This document shows, piece by piece, positions 1 to 9,047 of a DNA stretch of 64,000 bases (its first letter is position 1; each line of letters opens with the position of its first letter). Below the pieces are notes generated by a model. The model searched no databases, was not told where the DNA came from, and worked only from the letters and a program-made list of their open reading frames with translations. Location: contig DAOLNQ010000001.1 of the NCBI GenBank assembly GCA_035416665.1, forward strand, positions 158,733 to 222,732, written 5' to 3'. The stretch is from Candidatus Saccharicenans sp. (GTDB lineage Bacteria > Acidobacteriota > Aminicenantia > Aminicenantales > Saccharicenantaceae). The translations under genes and the position numbers were made by a program.

Positions 1-286
1 CAGCCAGCTGGTGGCCGGACAACTTCTTTACCCTTTCCACCACATAATCAAGGGCCTCTTCATAAGAGACAGGCTTGAAACTGGTACCGTCTTTAATGAG
101 GGGCTGGGTAATTCTATCTTCTGTCTGAAGTAGCTCGTGAATATGCCAGCCGCGAACACACAGCCGGCCACGACTCAATGGATGACCGGACACAGGATAA
201 ACACCTCTTACCCGGTTGCCTTCCACCCGCAGCAGATGGCCACAACCAGTACCGCAGAAGTTACATATACCTCGATAATAAGGCAA
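1..286 (-). CDS. Molybdopterin (Mo-bisPGD) oxidoreductase catalytic subunit, N-terminal fragment (gene continues past the window start)
   Basis: The minus-strand translation MPYYRGICNFCGTGCGHLLRVEGNRVRGVYPVSGHPLSRGRLCVRGWH carries the Cys-x2-Cys-x3-Cys...Cys [4Fe-4S] N-terminal motif of formate-dehydrogenase, nitrate-reductase and related enzymes. A TTG start at 286..284 is preceded by GAGGAG with 7-nt spacing. No twin-arginine signal is present, so the protein is cytoplasmic. Confidence 0.6.
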   Translation of the reverse strand, partial: MPYYRGICNFCGTGCGHLLRVEGNRVRGVYPVSGHPLSRGRLCVRGWHIHELLQTEDRITQPLIKDGTSFKPVSYEEALDYVVERVKKLSGHQLA

Positions 287-364
287 TCTTTTTCTCCTCG
301 GCAGTCAGGTTTTGAGACTTATATTTTTTCTCTTGCGTTTTAAAATCAAAAATACCAGAAAAAG

Positions 365-877
365 CTAATCTTGTAAACCGTGTGAGCTCAGGCGTGAAAT
401 AAAAATGCTCAGAAGATACCTGGTGTTGTAAAGAGTTGAGATCCCTCCCAGGAACCTTTCTTTAATCATACCCTTGGGCAATTCGTCGATGGCCGCTTTC
501 AGTTCGTCCAGTGAAGCCTGCAGACGATTGAAAGAAGAAACGAGAAGCGGCAGGTCTCCCGAACGCCGGTAATCATCCAGGAGGCTGGCTATTAATTCAG
601 GCTGATCAAAAGCCCGCCTGAAAAAATCCTTAACTGCAGCCGGCAGCCCGGCCAGGGCCTTTTCCAGCAGACAGCATCTGGCCAGTTGATAACCAAGCCT
701 GACTTCATCCAGGTCTCTTTTCACAAATTTCTCTGGATGAAGTTCAAAATAAGCCTGCCCCAGGGCTTCCATTTGCCGGCTGTCCAGATCAAAATCACCG
801 CCCAGCTTTCTGACCTCCTGGCAAAAGACTTCCAGATCTGAATTTTGCCGAAAAAGGTCAGCCAGAGAAATACTCAT
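365..877 (-). CDS. Hypothetical protein, 170 aa, lying between the receiver gene and the Mo-oxidoreductase gene
   Basis: Intact ORF on the same strand as both flanking genes. No motif recognised. Confidence 0.5.
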   Translation of the reverse strand: MSISLADLFRQNSDLEVFCQEVRKLGGDFDLDSRQMEALGQAYFELHPEKFVKRDLDEVRLGYQLARCCLLEKALAGLPAAVKDFFRRAFDQPELIASLLDDYRRSGDLPLLVSSFNRLQASLDELKAAIDELPKGMIKERFLGGISTLYNTRYLLSIFISRLSSHGLQD

Positions 878-906
878 TTTCCAATTGGTAAATGGGCCAG
901 GAGGCC

Positions 907-1284
907 TCAGGACTTTTTTCTGTGTTTTTCAATTACACCGAGCAGCAAATCGAAATTGACCGGCTTCTGAAAAACTCCATTAAAACCTAACTCGTCAAGA
1001 CCAATAGTTCGGGCGGTGGCATCACCGATAGTACTTAACAGAAAAACTGGCAGCTCAGGTTGTTCTTTCTTGATCACCCCGGCCACTTTTGCCCCGGCAT
1101 CTATGTCTTCCATCATCATATCGCATAGAACAATATCTGGATGAACCTGACGGAAAAGCTCAAGCCCTTCCTTCCCACTTAAGGCTGTGAACACCTCATA
1201 GCCACTGGCTTCCAGAATAGCTTTAACTGAAACACAAATAGCCGGATCGTCATCTATCACCAGAATTTTGGTTTTATCAGGCAT
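907..1284 (-). CDS. Single-domain response regulator (CheY-like receiver)
   Basis: KILVIDDD...VLCDMMM...KP is the receiver signature with the acidic pocket and a conserved Lys. The protein is 125 aa. Confidence 0.8.
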   Translation of the reverse strand: MPDKTKILVIDDDPAICVSVKAILEASGYEVFTALSGKEGLELFRQVHPDIVLCDMMMEDIDAGAKVAGVIKKEQPELPVFLLSTIGDATARTIGLDELGFNGVFQKPVNFDLLLGVIEKHRKKS

Positions 1285-1466
1285 TGGTTCCTCCTGAATT
1301 TATTAGACTTATATATAACACACAAAAAGGATTAAAGAAAGAGGAAGCTGGCAGCTATCTCTGGCTGAGCGGGAAGCCAGAGGAGCAAGTCAAACAGATA
1401 GCCAGTTTTGCCTCTACCGGGGAAAGCTTAAAATATCAGAAAGAAAAGATTGATGAAATAAAAAAA

Positions 1467-1543
1467 TGGCGGGGCCGACGAGGCTCGAACTCGCGACCTC
1501 CGGCGTGACAGGCCGGCGTTCTAACCAGCTGAACTACGACCCC
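1467..1543 (-). tRNA. tRNA-Asp (GTC)
   Basis: The reverse complement folds as a cloverleaf: acceptor GGGGTCG/CGGCCCC, D arm GTTC..GAAC, anticodon loop CTGTCAC, T arm GCGAG-TTCGAGC-CTCGT. CCA is encoded. Confidence 0.85.
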
Positions 1544-1685
1544 GCCCAGGGCGACTAAATTATAAACAAAGACAACTTAAGTTGCAAGCCGTGGCCCGGC
1601 CTGGAACCTAACCTTTAAGCCCGATCCTCAGGTCAGAAAAATACCTGACTTTGTTCTAGCCATTGCCTTGAAATCAAAATTAACC

Positions 1686-2594
1686 TCAAACTTTTTCAAA
1701 AGACATTTTTTCCAGCGCAGCAATCCGCTCTTCAATTGGGGGATGAGTGCTGAATAATTTGTTGACCCGGCCTTTTACATTTTTCAGAGGGTTAACAATG
1801 TAAAGATGCGCCGTCGCCTTGTTGGCCACTTCCAGTGGTTCAGGATCAGCAGCCAGCTTTCTGAGGGCAGAAGCCAGACCAGCAGGATATCTGGTCAGCA
1901 TAGCCCCGTTAGCGTCAGCCAGGAATTCTCGCCGCCTGGAAATAGCCAGCTGAATTAGCTGAGCAACGAGCGGAGAAAGAATGGCCAGAACCAGGCCGAT
2001 GCCAAAAATAATCAGGCCGACACCGCCTCCACCTTTCTCCCGGTCTCTTTTCCGGCCACCACCCCACCAGAAGCTCCTCATCATCCAGTCCGAAAGCAAC
2101 GCTACAACGCCCACCATCACCACGGCTACAGTCTGAAGAAGGACGTCATAATTTTTTATATGGGACATCTCATGGGCAATAACACCTTCCAGCTCGAGAC
2201 GATTTAACTTCTGCAGCAGGCCGGTGGTAACACAAATAACCGAATGCTGGGGATTACGGCCGGTAGCAAAAGCATTAGGTGCTGAGTCATCAATAAGATA
2301 ACAACGCGGAGCAGGGATACCGGCGGCCAGAGCCAGCCCTTCGACGGTATGATAAAGATAAGGATATTCCTCTTTGCTTACCGGGCGAGCCCCGCTGATG
2401 GCCAGAACAATTTTATCGCTGGAATAATATCCGCCGATGGCTGCAGCCAGGGAAATGATCAGAGCCAGCGCCAACCCGCCTTCGCCCCAGCCTGTAACCT
2501 GTTCAAAGGCCCAGACTACCACGAAAACAAAGGCTATAAAAAACAGGACCAGAAAAATGGATTTGACTTTGTTAGCAGTTATCTGTTCATACAT
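1686..2594 (-). CDS. htpX: Zinc metalloprotease HtpX (M48 family)
   Basis: N-terminal transmembrane helices and the HEMSH zinc-binding motif. 302 aa. Confidence 0.85.
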   Translation of the reverse strand: MYEQITANKVKSIFLVLFFIAFVFVVVWAFEQVTGWGEGGLALALIISLAAAIGGYYSSDKIVLAISGARPVSKEEYPYLYHTVEGLALAAGIPAPRCYLIDDSAPNAFATGRNPQHSVICVTTGLLQKLNRLELEGVIAHEMSHIKNYDVLLQTVAVVMVGVVALLSDWMMRSFWWGGGRKRDREKGGGGVGLIIFGIGLVLAILSPLVAQLIQLAISRRREFLADANGAMLTRYPAGLASALRKLAADPEPLEVANKATAHLYIVNPLKNVKGRVNKLFSTHPPIEERIAALEKMSFEKV

Positions 2595-2656
2595 TGGATA
2601 AGGCTACTTTGTAATCAGGTAAAAAGAACCTGGCCCCAACTACTTCTGTCAGGATT

Positions 2657-3211
2657 TCAGAAAGAAACTTTTACCGGCCCACGGGCTTCCGGTTCTTCTA
2701 TTTCAAAATATTCTTTAGGTTTGAATCCGAACAGGCTGGCAATAATATTAGAAGGAAATACCTGTTGTTTCATATTGAATTTCATAACAGTATCATTGTA
2801 AAACTGCCGGGCATAAGCAATTTTGCTTTCAGTGCCAGCCAGTTCTTCCTGCAGCAGAAGAAAATTCTGATTGGCCTTGAGCTCGGGATAATTCTCCACG
2901 ACAGCAAAAAGCGACTTCAAAGCACCGGTCAGCATATTCTCAGCTTCCCCCTGCTCTTTAACCGTCTGAGCATGGATAGCCTTAGCCCTGGCCTCTGTTA
3001 CTTTTTCAAAAACTTCTCTTTCATGTTTGGCATATCCCTTAACCGTCTCCACCAGATTCGGGATAAGGTCATAGCGCCGTCTGAGCTGAACATCAACCTG
3101 AGCCCAGGCATTATCGCAGCGATTCCTCAGAACGACCAGGCTATTGTAAATAGCAATGCCCATAATGACCAGCAGCCCTAGAATTATCAAAAGAATAACC
3201 ACCGCACTCAT
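2657..3211 (-). CDS. lemA: LemA family membrane protein
   Basis: N-terminal transmembrane helix followed by a LemA-like sequence ([31 protein letters not shown]). It sits in the typical position next to htpX. Confidence 0.8.
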   Translation of the reverse strand: MSAVVILLIILGLLVIMGIAIYNSLVVLRNRCDNAWAQVDVQLRRRYDLIPNLVETVKGYAKHEREVFEKVTEARAKAIHAQTVKEQGEAENMLTGALKSLFAVVENYPELKANQNFLLLQEELAGTESKIAYARQFYNDTVMKFNMKQQVFPSNIIASLFGFKPKEYFEIEEPEARGPVKVSF

Positions 3212-3321
3212 TGATTTCTCCTTTCTGAACTCAATTCCATACCCAAAAAGATTGGCTGAAAAGAAGGATATTAGGCTTAAGCAAAAAAATCAAGCTTTTA
3301 AAAGCTGATAAAAAAATCTAA

Positions 3322-3350
3322 TTGACTTGAATTTATTTTAAATGTTATAT
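3322..3350 (+). promoter_or_regulatory. Candidate sigma70-type promoter upstream of citrate synthase (TTGACT-17-TTATAT)
   Basis: Read directly: TTGACT at 3322-3327, a 17-nt spacer, then TTATAT. The GGAGG RBS and ATG follow about 70 nt downstream. Confidence 0.3.
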
Positions 3351-3420
3351 TCTGGCTCGAATACATGGTTAGGCTTATTGCAATAATAATAGCAATTTAT
3401 AGCCCGAAGGAGGTTTCTGA

Positions 3421-4743
3421 ATGGCTAATTTAAAGGAAAAGTTTGTTTCCAAACTGATGCCCATGCGTGACCGGATTCAGAAGATCCAGAAAGAGCATGG
3501 GGAACTCAAAATTTCAGATGTCACCATCGGTCAAACATATGGTGGCATGCGCGGAGTGAAATGCATGATCTGGGAATGCTCATCGCTCGATCCGAATGAA
3601 GGTATTCGCTTCCGCGGTTTTACTATTCCCGAGGTCAGGGAAAAACTGCCGAAAGCCCCCGGTAGTGAAGAACCCCTGCCAGAAGGAATGTTTTATCTTC
3701 TGCTGACGGGTGATATCCCGACTTATGAAGACTGCCAGGAAATAACCGAAGACTGGCGAAAGAGAAGTGAACTACCTAAATATCTAATTGATGTTCTCCG
3801 GAGCTTACCTGTTGAGACTCATCCCATGACTCAATTTGCTATAGCTATCATGCAGCTTCAAAAAGATTCCGTTTTTGCTGAAAGATATCGGCAGGGGATT
3901 CACAAGCTTGATTACTGGGACCCAATGTATGAAGACACGATGAACATTCTGGCTAAATTGCCAGCTATCGCCTCCTACATTTACCGCCGCACCTATAAAG
4001 GCGATAAGCATATCCCGGCTGATCCAAAATTAGACTGGGGCGCCAATTTTGCTCACATGCTGGGCGTAACCGATGATCCCGCTTTTAAGGATTTAATGAG
4101 GCTCTATCTTGTTCTTCACTGCGACCATGAAGGCGGCAATGTTTCCGCTCATACCTGCCGTCTCGTTGGTTCAGCTCTTTCCGATGCCTATTATTCTTTA
4201 TCCGCTTCCATGGCCGGTCTGGCCGGACCGCTGCACGGCCTGGCCAACCAGGAAGTCCTGCGCTGGATCATGGAACTGATGGAAAAGCTCGGCAACACCC
4301 CGACCAGGGAACAGATCAGCCAGTACATCTGGGATACACTGAATGCTGGTAAGGTCGTTCCTGGCTATGGTCACGCTGTTCTCCGCAAAACCGACCCGAG
4401 ATTTATAGCTCAGAGGGAATTTGCTCTCAAACACCTGCCTGATGATGAAATCTTTAAGGTTGTCAGCCTGGTTTTTGAAGTTGCCCCTGACATCCTGACG
4501 AAACATGGCAAAGCTAAAAATCCCTGGCCTAACGTTGATGCTCATTCTGGTTGTCTGCTCTGGCATTATGGGGTAAGAGAATACGATTTTTACACTGTTT
4601 TCTTCGGTGTATCGAGGGCTATGGGAGTTCTGGCTCAGCTGGTCTGGGACAGAGGCCTTGGCCTGCCAATTGAAAGACCAAAGAGTGTCACCACCGAGTG
4701 GGTAGAAGAATTTATTGCTTCTCAGCAAGCACCTAAAGCCTGA
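3421..4743 (+). CDS. gltA: Citrate synthase
   Basis: Motifs GMRG..., HCDHEGGNVSAHT and GYGHAVLRKTDPR are diagnostic of citrate (Si)-synthase. 440 aa. Confidence 0.9.
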   Translation: MANLKEKFVSKLMPMRDRIQKIQKEHGELKISDVTIGQTYGGMRGVKCMIWECSSLDPNEGIRFRGFTIPEVREKLPKAPGSEEPLPEGMFYLLLTGDIPTYEDCQEITEDWRKRSELPKYLIDVLRSLPVETHPMTQFAIAIMQLQKDSVFAERYRQGIHKLDYWDPMYEDTMNILAKLPAIASYIYRRTYKGDKHIPADPKLDWGANFAHMLGVTDDPAFKDLMRLYLVLHCDHEGGNVSAHTCRLVGSALSDAYYSLSASMAGLAGPLHGLANQEVLRWIMELMEKLGNTPTREQISQYIWDTLNAGKVVPGYGHAVLRKTDPRFIAQREFALKHLPDDEIFKVVSLVFEVAPDILTKHGKAKNPWPNVDAHSGCLLWHYGVREYDFYTVFFGVSRAMGVLAQLVWDRGLGLPIERPKSVTTEWVEEFIASQQAPKA

Positions 4744-4766
4744 GTTCATATTACCAACTGACGATC

Positions 4767-4800
4767 AAGGGCTGCCCCGGCGGGCAGCCCTTTTTATTTC
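4767..4800 (+). terminator. Rho-independent terminator after gltA
   Basis: A GC-rich hairpin (AGGGCTGCCCCGGCGGGCAGCCCT) is followed by TTTTTATTT. Confidence 0.6.
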
Positions 4801-4925
4801 TCTATTGGGATAGAATTATACGTTGGAGAAGTTCCACCTTTTTATTTCCTGTTTAATTTAAACAGCTCCTCCTCTCATCCCAATCACAGTTTGAATTTTC
4901 CTCCCAGCTAAACTAAAATCGGGGC

Positions 4926-6230
4926 ATGGAAGCTTTGAGAATCTATACGGAAAAGCCATACTGCTTACAGGGCGAGGTGACTGTCAGCGGAGCTAAAAAC
5001 GCTGTTTTGCCGGCCATAGCCGCCTGCCTGCTGACCGAAGATGCTCTAGAACTGAACAATGTGCCTCTGGTTAAAGATGTTCAGACCATGCTAACCCTTA
5101 TCAGCGAGCTGGGGGCCAGCTGTGCCCTCGACGAAAAGCACAGAACTCTAACTCTTCAAGCCAAAAAAATTAAATCGACTGAGGCTCCTTATAAGCTGGT
5201 CAGAGCCATGAGAGCTTCTATTCTTGTCCTCGGTCCGTTGCTGGCCAGAAGCGGCCGGGCCACTGTCGCCTTGCCAGGTGGCTGCGCCATTGGTACCAGG
5301 CCGGTTGATCTCCACATTAGTGGCCTGCAGAAACTCGGGGCCAGTCTGAAGATTGAACACGGTTATATCATCGCTGAGGCCAGAAGACTGAATGGCACAG
5401 AAATTGAATTCGAAAAAAAGACAGTGACTGGAACAGAAAATCTGGTCATGGCTGCCTGTCTGGCCAGGGGTGAAACTGTGCTTAAGAATTGCGCTCTCGA
5501 GCCAGAAGTGGTTAATCTGTGCGAACTGCTGGTTAAGATGGGAGCTAAGATAGATGGCATCGGAGAAGAAACATTAAGAATTACCGGTAGCAGAGAGCTA
5601 GGTGGGGCGAAACATCGCATTATTCCTGACCGGATAGAAACCGGCACCTTCATGGTGGCTTCAGCGCTGACCAGGGGTGATTTAATTCTAAAAGAGGTTG
5701 AACCACGACACATCGAAGCTATCACTGATAAGCTGATTATCGCTGGCAGCCAGGTCGAACAGGTCAGTCCTAATATCATACGGGTCAGAGGCTCCGAAGA
5801 AATAAAACCACAGGATATAACGACTGCTCCCTATCCTGGCTTTCCGACTGATATGCAAGCTCAGTTTATGGTATTAATGACTCAGGCCAATGGCCGCTCT
5901 ATAATTACCGAAACCATCTTTGACCGGCGCTTTGCTCATGCTAATGAGCTGCTGCGATTAGGGGCTTCGATCGAAATTGAAGGAGACAAAGCCATTATAA
6001 AGGGGAAGACTTCTCTTTCCGGGGCAGAAGTCATGGCGACTGATTTACGGGCTTCAGCTTGTCTGGTTCTGGCCGGTCTGATCGCTACCGGTCAGACAAC
6101 CATTAATGATATTGAGCATCTTGACCGTGGATATGAGAGAATTGAAGAAAAACTTCGTCAGCTCGGGGTCAGAATAGAGCGTTTTATAAGCAATAATAAC
6201 AACCATAGAAAGGTGGAGGTAAAATCATGA
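4926..6230 (+). CDS. murA: UDP-N-acetylglucosamine 1-carboxyvinyltransferase
   Basis: Colinear with MurA throughout: LQGEVTVSGAKNAVLP, LPGGCAIGTRPVDLHI, PYPGFPTDMQAQF and MATDLRASA. 434 aa. Confidence 0.9.
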   Translation: MEALRIYTEKPYCLQGEVTVSGAKNAVLPAIAACLLTEDALELNNVPLVKDVQTMLTLISELGASCALDEKHRTLTLQAKKIKSTEAPYKLVRAMRASILVLGPLLARSGRATVALPGGCAIGTRPVDLHISGLQKLGASLKIEHGYIIAEARRLNGTEIEFEKKTVTGTENLVMAACLARGETVLKNCALEPEVVNLCELLVKMGAKIDGIGEETLRITGSRELGGAKHRIIPDRIETGTFMVASALTRGDLILKEVEPRHIEAITDKLIIAGSQVEQVSPNIIRVRGSEEIKPQDITTAPYPGFPTDMQAQFMVLMTQANGRSIITETIFDRRFAHANELLRLGASIEIEGDKAIIKGKTSLSGAEVMATDLRASACLVLAGLIATGQTTINDIEHLDRGYERIEEKLRQLGVRIERFISNNNNHRKVEVKS

Positions 6231-6571
6231 CTGATTGTCTTTTCTGCCGCATTGTCAATAAAGAAATCCCTTCCAGATTGGTCTACGAAGATGAAAAGGT
6301 GCTGGCTTTTGAGGACATTAAACCACAGGCCCCGGCTCATATTTTAATAATACCCAAAAAACATCTGGCTTCGCTCAAAGAAGCGGATGAAAATGACCAG
6401 AACCTTCTTGGCTACCTTCTTCTGACGGCCAGGAAGATTGCCCAGGACAAAGGACTGGCTGAGAGCGGCTTTAGACTGGTCATCAACAGCGGTCCAGATT
6501 CAGGGCAGGAAGTATATCATCTTCATGTCCATCTGTTAGGAGGTCGCCGTTTTGGCTGGCCGCCGGGTTAA
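6227..6571 (+). CDS. HIT-family (histidine triad) nucleotide hydrolase
   Basis: HLHVHLLGG is the histidine-triad motif. The start overlaps the murA stop by 4 nt. Confidence 0.8.
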   Translation: MTDCLFCRIVNKEIPSRLVYEDEKVLAFEDIKPQAPAHILIIPKKHLASLKEADENDQNLLGYLLLTARKIAQDKGLAESGFRLVINSGPDSGQEVYHLHVHLLGGRRFGWPPG

Positions 6572-6631
6572 GCCGTTTGCTGTTGACCAAAAACGACTGA
6601 CAGATAAGTCCGGTTAAAGGCGACTGATATT

Positions 6632-7105
6632 ATGGCTTATTTGATTGATGGCAACAATTTGATGGGTCAGGCTGATCCTTATTTTAAATTCAATAGTTCG
6701 AGCCGCAGTCAGCTTATCGGCCGGCTCCTTCTCTTCCAGAAAGCAACCAGAGCAAGACTGTTCCTGGTTTTCGACGGGCGTCCTCCGGAAGATGACCGGG
6801 CGATTAAACTTAACCCCAAGTTTACTGTTTTGTTTCCTGAGCCAGGACAGTCTGCTGATGAACTCATTGAAGAATTGCTCAACTGTAAAAAAGATAGACG
6901 TTATTATCAAGTAGTCAGCTCCGACCGAGGAGTAAGAGAAATCGCCCGGCAGCATGGGGTAAAATCAATGACCTGTCAGGAATTCTGGAAAGAGCTAAAA
7001 AAGATTTTAAAGGACAGCCGTGCTAGCCGGGAACTCGAAAAACAGACTGAGGCTTCGACTCCCCTTGAGATTTCGCTCTGGGATGAGCTTTTTGGCCGAA
7101 AATGA
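6632..7105 (+). CDS. NYN/YacP-like predicted RNA-binding nuclease domain protein
   Basis: AYLIDGNNLMG at the N-terminus and a later acidic cluster match the YacP/NYN family. Confidence 0.65.
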   Translation: MAYLIDGNNLMGQADPYFKFNSSSRSQLIGRLLLFQKATRARLFLVFDGRPPEDDRAIKLNPKFTVLFPEPGQSADELIEELLNCKKDRRYYQVVSSDRGVREIARQHGVKSMTCQEFWKELKKILKDSRASRELEKQTEASTPLEISLWDELFGRK

Positions 7106-7962
7106 AAAGTTTTTCTATTATCGGAGCAGGAAAAGTAGGGGTCGCGCTGGGGCTGGCCCTGGTCAATAAAGGTTTAAGACTAAAATACATATCAGATTGT
7201 AATCCAGATGCCGCCCGCCGGGCAGAAAAATTAATAAAAATGGGGAAGACGACACAGAATAATCGGCTGGCAACACAGGCGGCAGAGATAAGTTTTATCT
7301 GCGTCCCGGATGGGTTGATAAGGAAAGTAGTCAGGGAACTGTCGGAGCTGGCCCTCGACGGACACTATATTTTCCATACGAGCGGGGCAGTTACTTCCAG
7401 GGTTCTCCGCCCGTTGTCCAGACAGGGGGCCGTCGTTGCTTCCTTACATCCGATACAGACTTTCGCCACAACCTGCCCTGACCCGGATATTTTCCGCGGT
7501 ATTTTTTTTAGCCTGGAGGGAGATGAGAAGGCTATCGAGCTCGGTCAGTCTCTGGCTGGAAAACTTCAGTCCGGGGTTATTTTGATTTCGCCTGCCAATA
7601 AACCTTTATATCATCTGGCTTGCTCTATGGCTTCCAATTTTATGGTCGTTCTGCTGGCCGAAGTTAAAAACCTGTTTGAACTCCTTGGGCTGGACGAAAA
7701 AGCCTGTCTGGAAGTCATTTATCCTTTGCTGAGCAGAACCCTTCTTAATGTTAAAGAACTTGGCTGTGAACAGAGCTTGACCGGACCCATTTTAAGAGGC
7801 GATCTGAAGACGGTAAAGGGACATCTAAAGGCCCTGTCATCACAACCTGATCTGGAAAAACTCTACCGCTTGATGTCTCTGGAAGCCCTAAAAATGGCTG
7901 AGAAAAGAGGGCTCAGCGCCTCAAAGGTTAAAGCATTGAAGCGTCTGCTGGTACAAAAATAA
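7102..7962 (+). CDS. Rossmann-fold NAD(P)-binding protein (DUF2520 / ProC-like)
   Basis: The N-terminus has a dinucleotide-binding loop (FSIIGAGKVGVALG). The start overlaps the preceding stop. Confidence 0.6.
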   Translation: MKSFSIIGAGKVGVALGLALVNKGLRLKYISDCNPDAARRAEKLIKMGKTTQNNRLATQAAEISFICVPDGLIRKVVRELSELALDGHYIFHTSGAVTSRVLRPLSRQGAVVASLHPIQTFATTCPDPDIFRGIFFSLEGDEKAIELGQSLAGKLQSGVILISPANKPLYHLACSMASNFMVVLLAEVKNLFELLGLDEKACLEVIYPLLSRTLLNVKELGCEQSLTGPILRGDLKTVKGHLKALSSQPDLEKLYRLMSLEALKMAEKRGLSASKVKALKRLLVQK

Positions 7963-8869
7963 CTTCTTCTTCCAGCCAGAGGCCAAAATTTTGATGCACC
8001 ATCTCCTGCAGGCGATGGGCTAATTCCTTAACGTCCCGGGCGGTTGCTCCGCCTAGATTGATGATAAAATTGCAGTGGCCGTGAAAGACTGCCGCGCCGC
8101 CCACCTGCATTCCTCTGGCTCCGGATTTTTCAAGCAACAAGCCGGCCGCCACTTTTTGACCGTCAGGCAGTACAGGATTTTTAAAATAGCTACCAGCGCA
8201 GGCCACCGAACGTGGGGGGTGCTTGCGCTCACGCTGCTCAAGATAGTCTTTAACTTGGCGCTCAATCTCACTTTTATCACCGGGTTCAACGGCTAAAAAA
8301 ACTTTAAGAACGACCTGATGATCCTTTTTTAAATTAGAAAACCGGTAGCCAAATCCCAGCTCCGATTGTTTTAGAGTAATAAGGCGTCTGTCCCGGCTGA
8401 AAATTAGAACCTCAGATACTTTCTCTCCAATAGACTGTCCGAAGGCCCCGGCGTTGCCATAAATGGCTCCTCCTACTGTTCCCGGAATACCAGCCAGAAA
8501 TTCCAGCCCCTTTAATCCCTTAGAAATTGCAAATCTGACCACCTGTTGAAGATCGCTACCCGAATCGATTTCCAGCAGACCTTGCTCAGTGTGAAAATTA
8601 ATAGCTAAAGCTTTGTTTCTGATAATCAGTCCATTAAAGCCTATATCATCAAATAGAAGATTATAACCACCACCAATAAGGTAAAAAGGAAACCGGCGAG
8701 AGCTGACTGCTGAGACAGCTTTAATCAGCTGATCAGTACTGGTAACTTCAATAAAATAACGGGCCAGTCCACCTATTTTAAAACTTGAATAATCAGATAG
8801 GGCTACATCCTTTTTGAGCTTCAATCCAGTCTCAGCCTGAAAAAATTGTTCAAAATCAAAATCTTGCAT
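7928..8869 (-). CDS. murB: UDP-N-acetylenolpyruvoylglucosamine reductase
   Basis: FAD-binding PCMH-type domain (SFKIGG...YLIGGGYNLL) followed by a C-terminal MurB domain. 313 aa. Confidence 0.85.
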   Translation of the reverse strand: MQDFDFEQFFQAETGLKLKKDVALSDYSSFKIGGLARYFIEVTSTDQLIKAVSAVSSRRFPFYLIGGGYNLLFDDIGFNGLIIRNKALAINFHTEQGLLEIDSGSDLQQVVRFAISKGLKGLEFLAGIPGTVGGAIYGNAGAFGQSIGEKVSEVLIFSRDRRLITLKQSELGFGYRFSNLKKDHQVVLKVFLAVEPGDKSEIERQVKDYLEQRERKHPPRSVACAGSYFKNPVLPDGQKVAAGLLLEKSGARGMQVGGAAVFHGHCNFIINLGGATARDVKELAHRLQEMVHQNFGLWLEEEVIFVPADASML

Positions 8870-9047
8870 CTTTTTTTCTTTTTTTTAGTTTTTTATTATA
8901 TATAAGTGAGATGGTTAAGTCTAACCCTGCCTGTCTGGAAAGCGGTACCAGGCAAGTTCGATTTCAAGGCAGGTTAATTAATAATTGACTTTTTAGTTGA
9001 TTAAGGGCAAGATAATTAGCAAATTAATTTAAATGAGAGGTTTAGAG

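Noticed and set aside
137-343. 68-aa plus-strand ORF from the six-frame track
   Set aside because: It lies antisense to, and inside, the minus-strand Mo-oxidoreductase N-terminus, which has clear FeS motifs and an RBS. It has no RBS of its own and its composition is low-complexity.
1284-1508. 74-aa plus-strand ORF
   Set aside because: Its 3' end runs through the minus-strand tRNA-Asp gene. It is more likely intergenic sequence between the receiver gene and the tRNA.
2349-3181. Two antisense ORFs (150 aa and 138 aa) overlapping htpX and lemA
   Set aside because: They are shadow ORFs opposite well-supported genes. They have no motifs.
4198-4749. 183-aa minus-strand ORF
   Set aside because: It lies entirely antisense within citrate synthase.
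5363-5779. 138-aa minus-strand ORF
   Set aside because: It is antisense within murA and is a Ser/Leu-rich shadow frame.
8900-8965. Imperfect stem-loop (CCTGCCTGT...CAAGGCAGG) in the murB/TPR-protein divergent intergenic region
   Set aside because: It has an 8 of 9 match with a long loop and no U-tract. I cannot distinguish it from chance.
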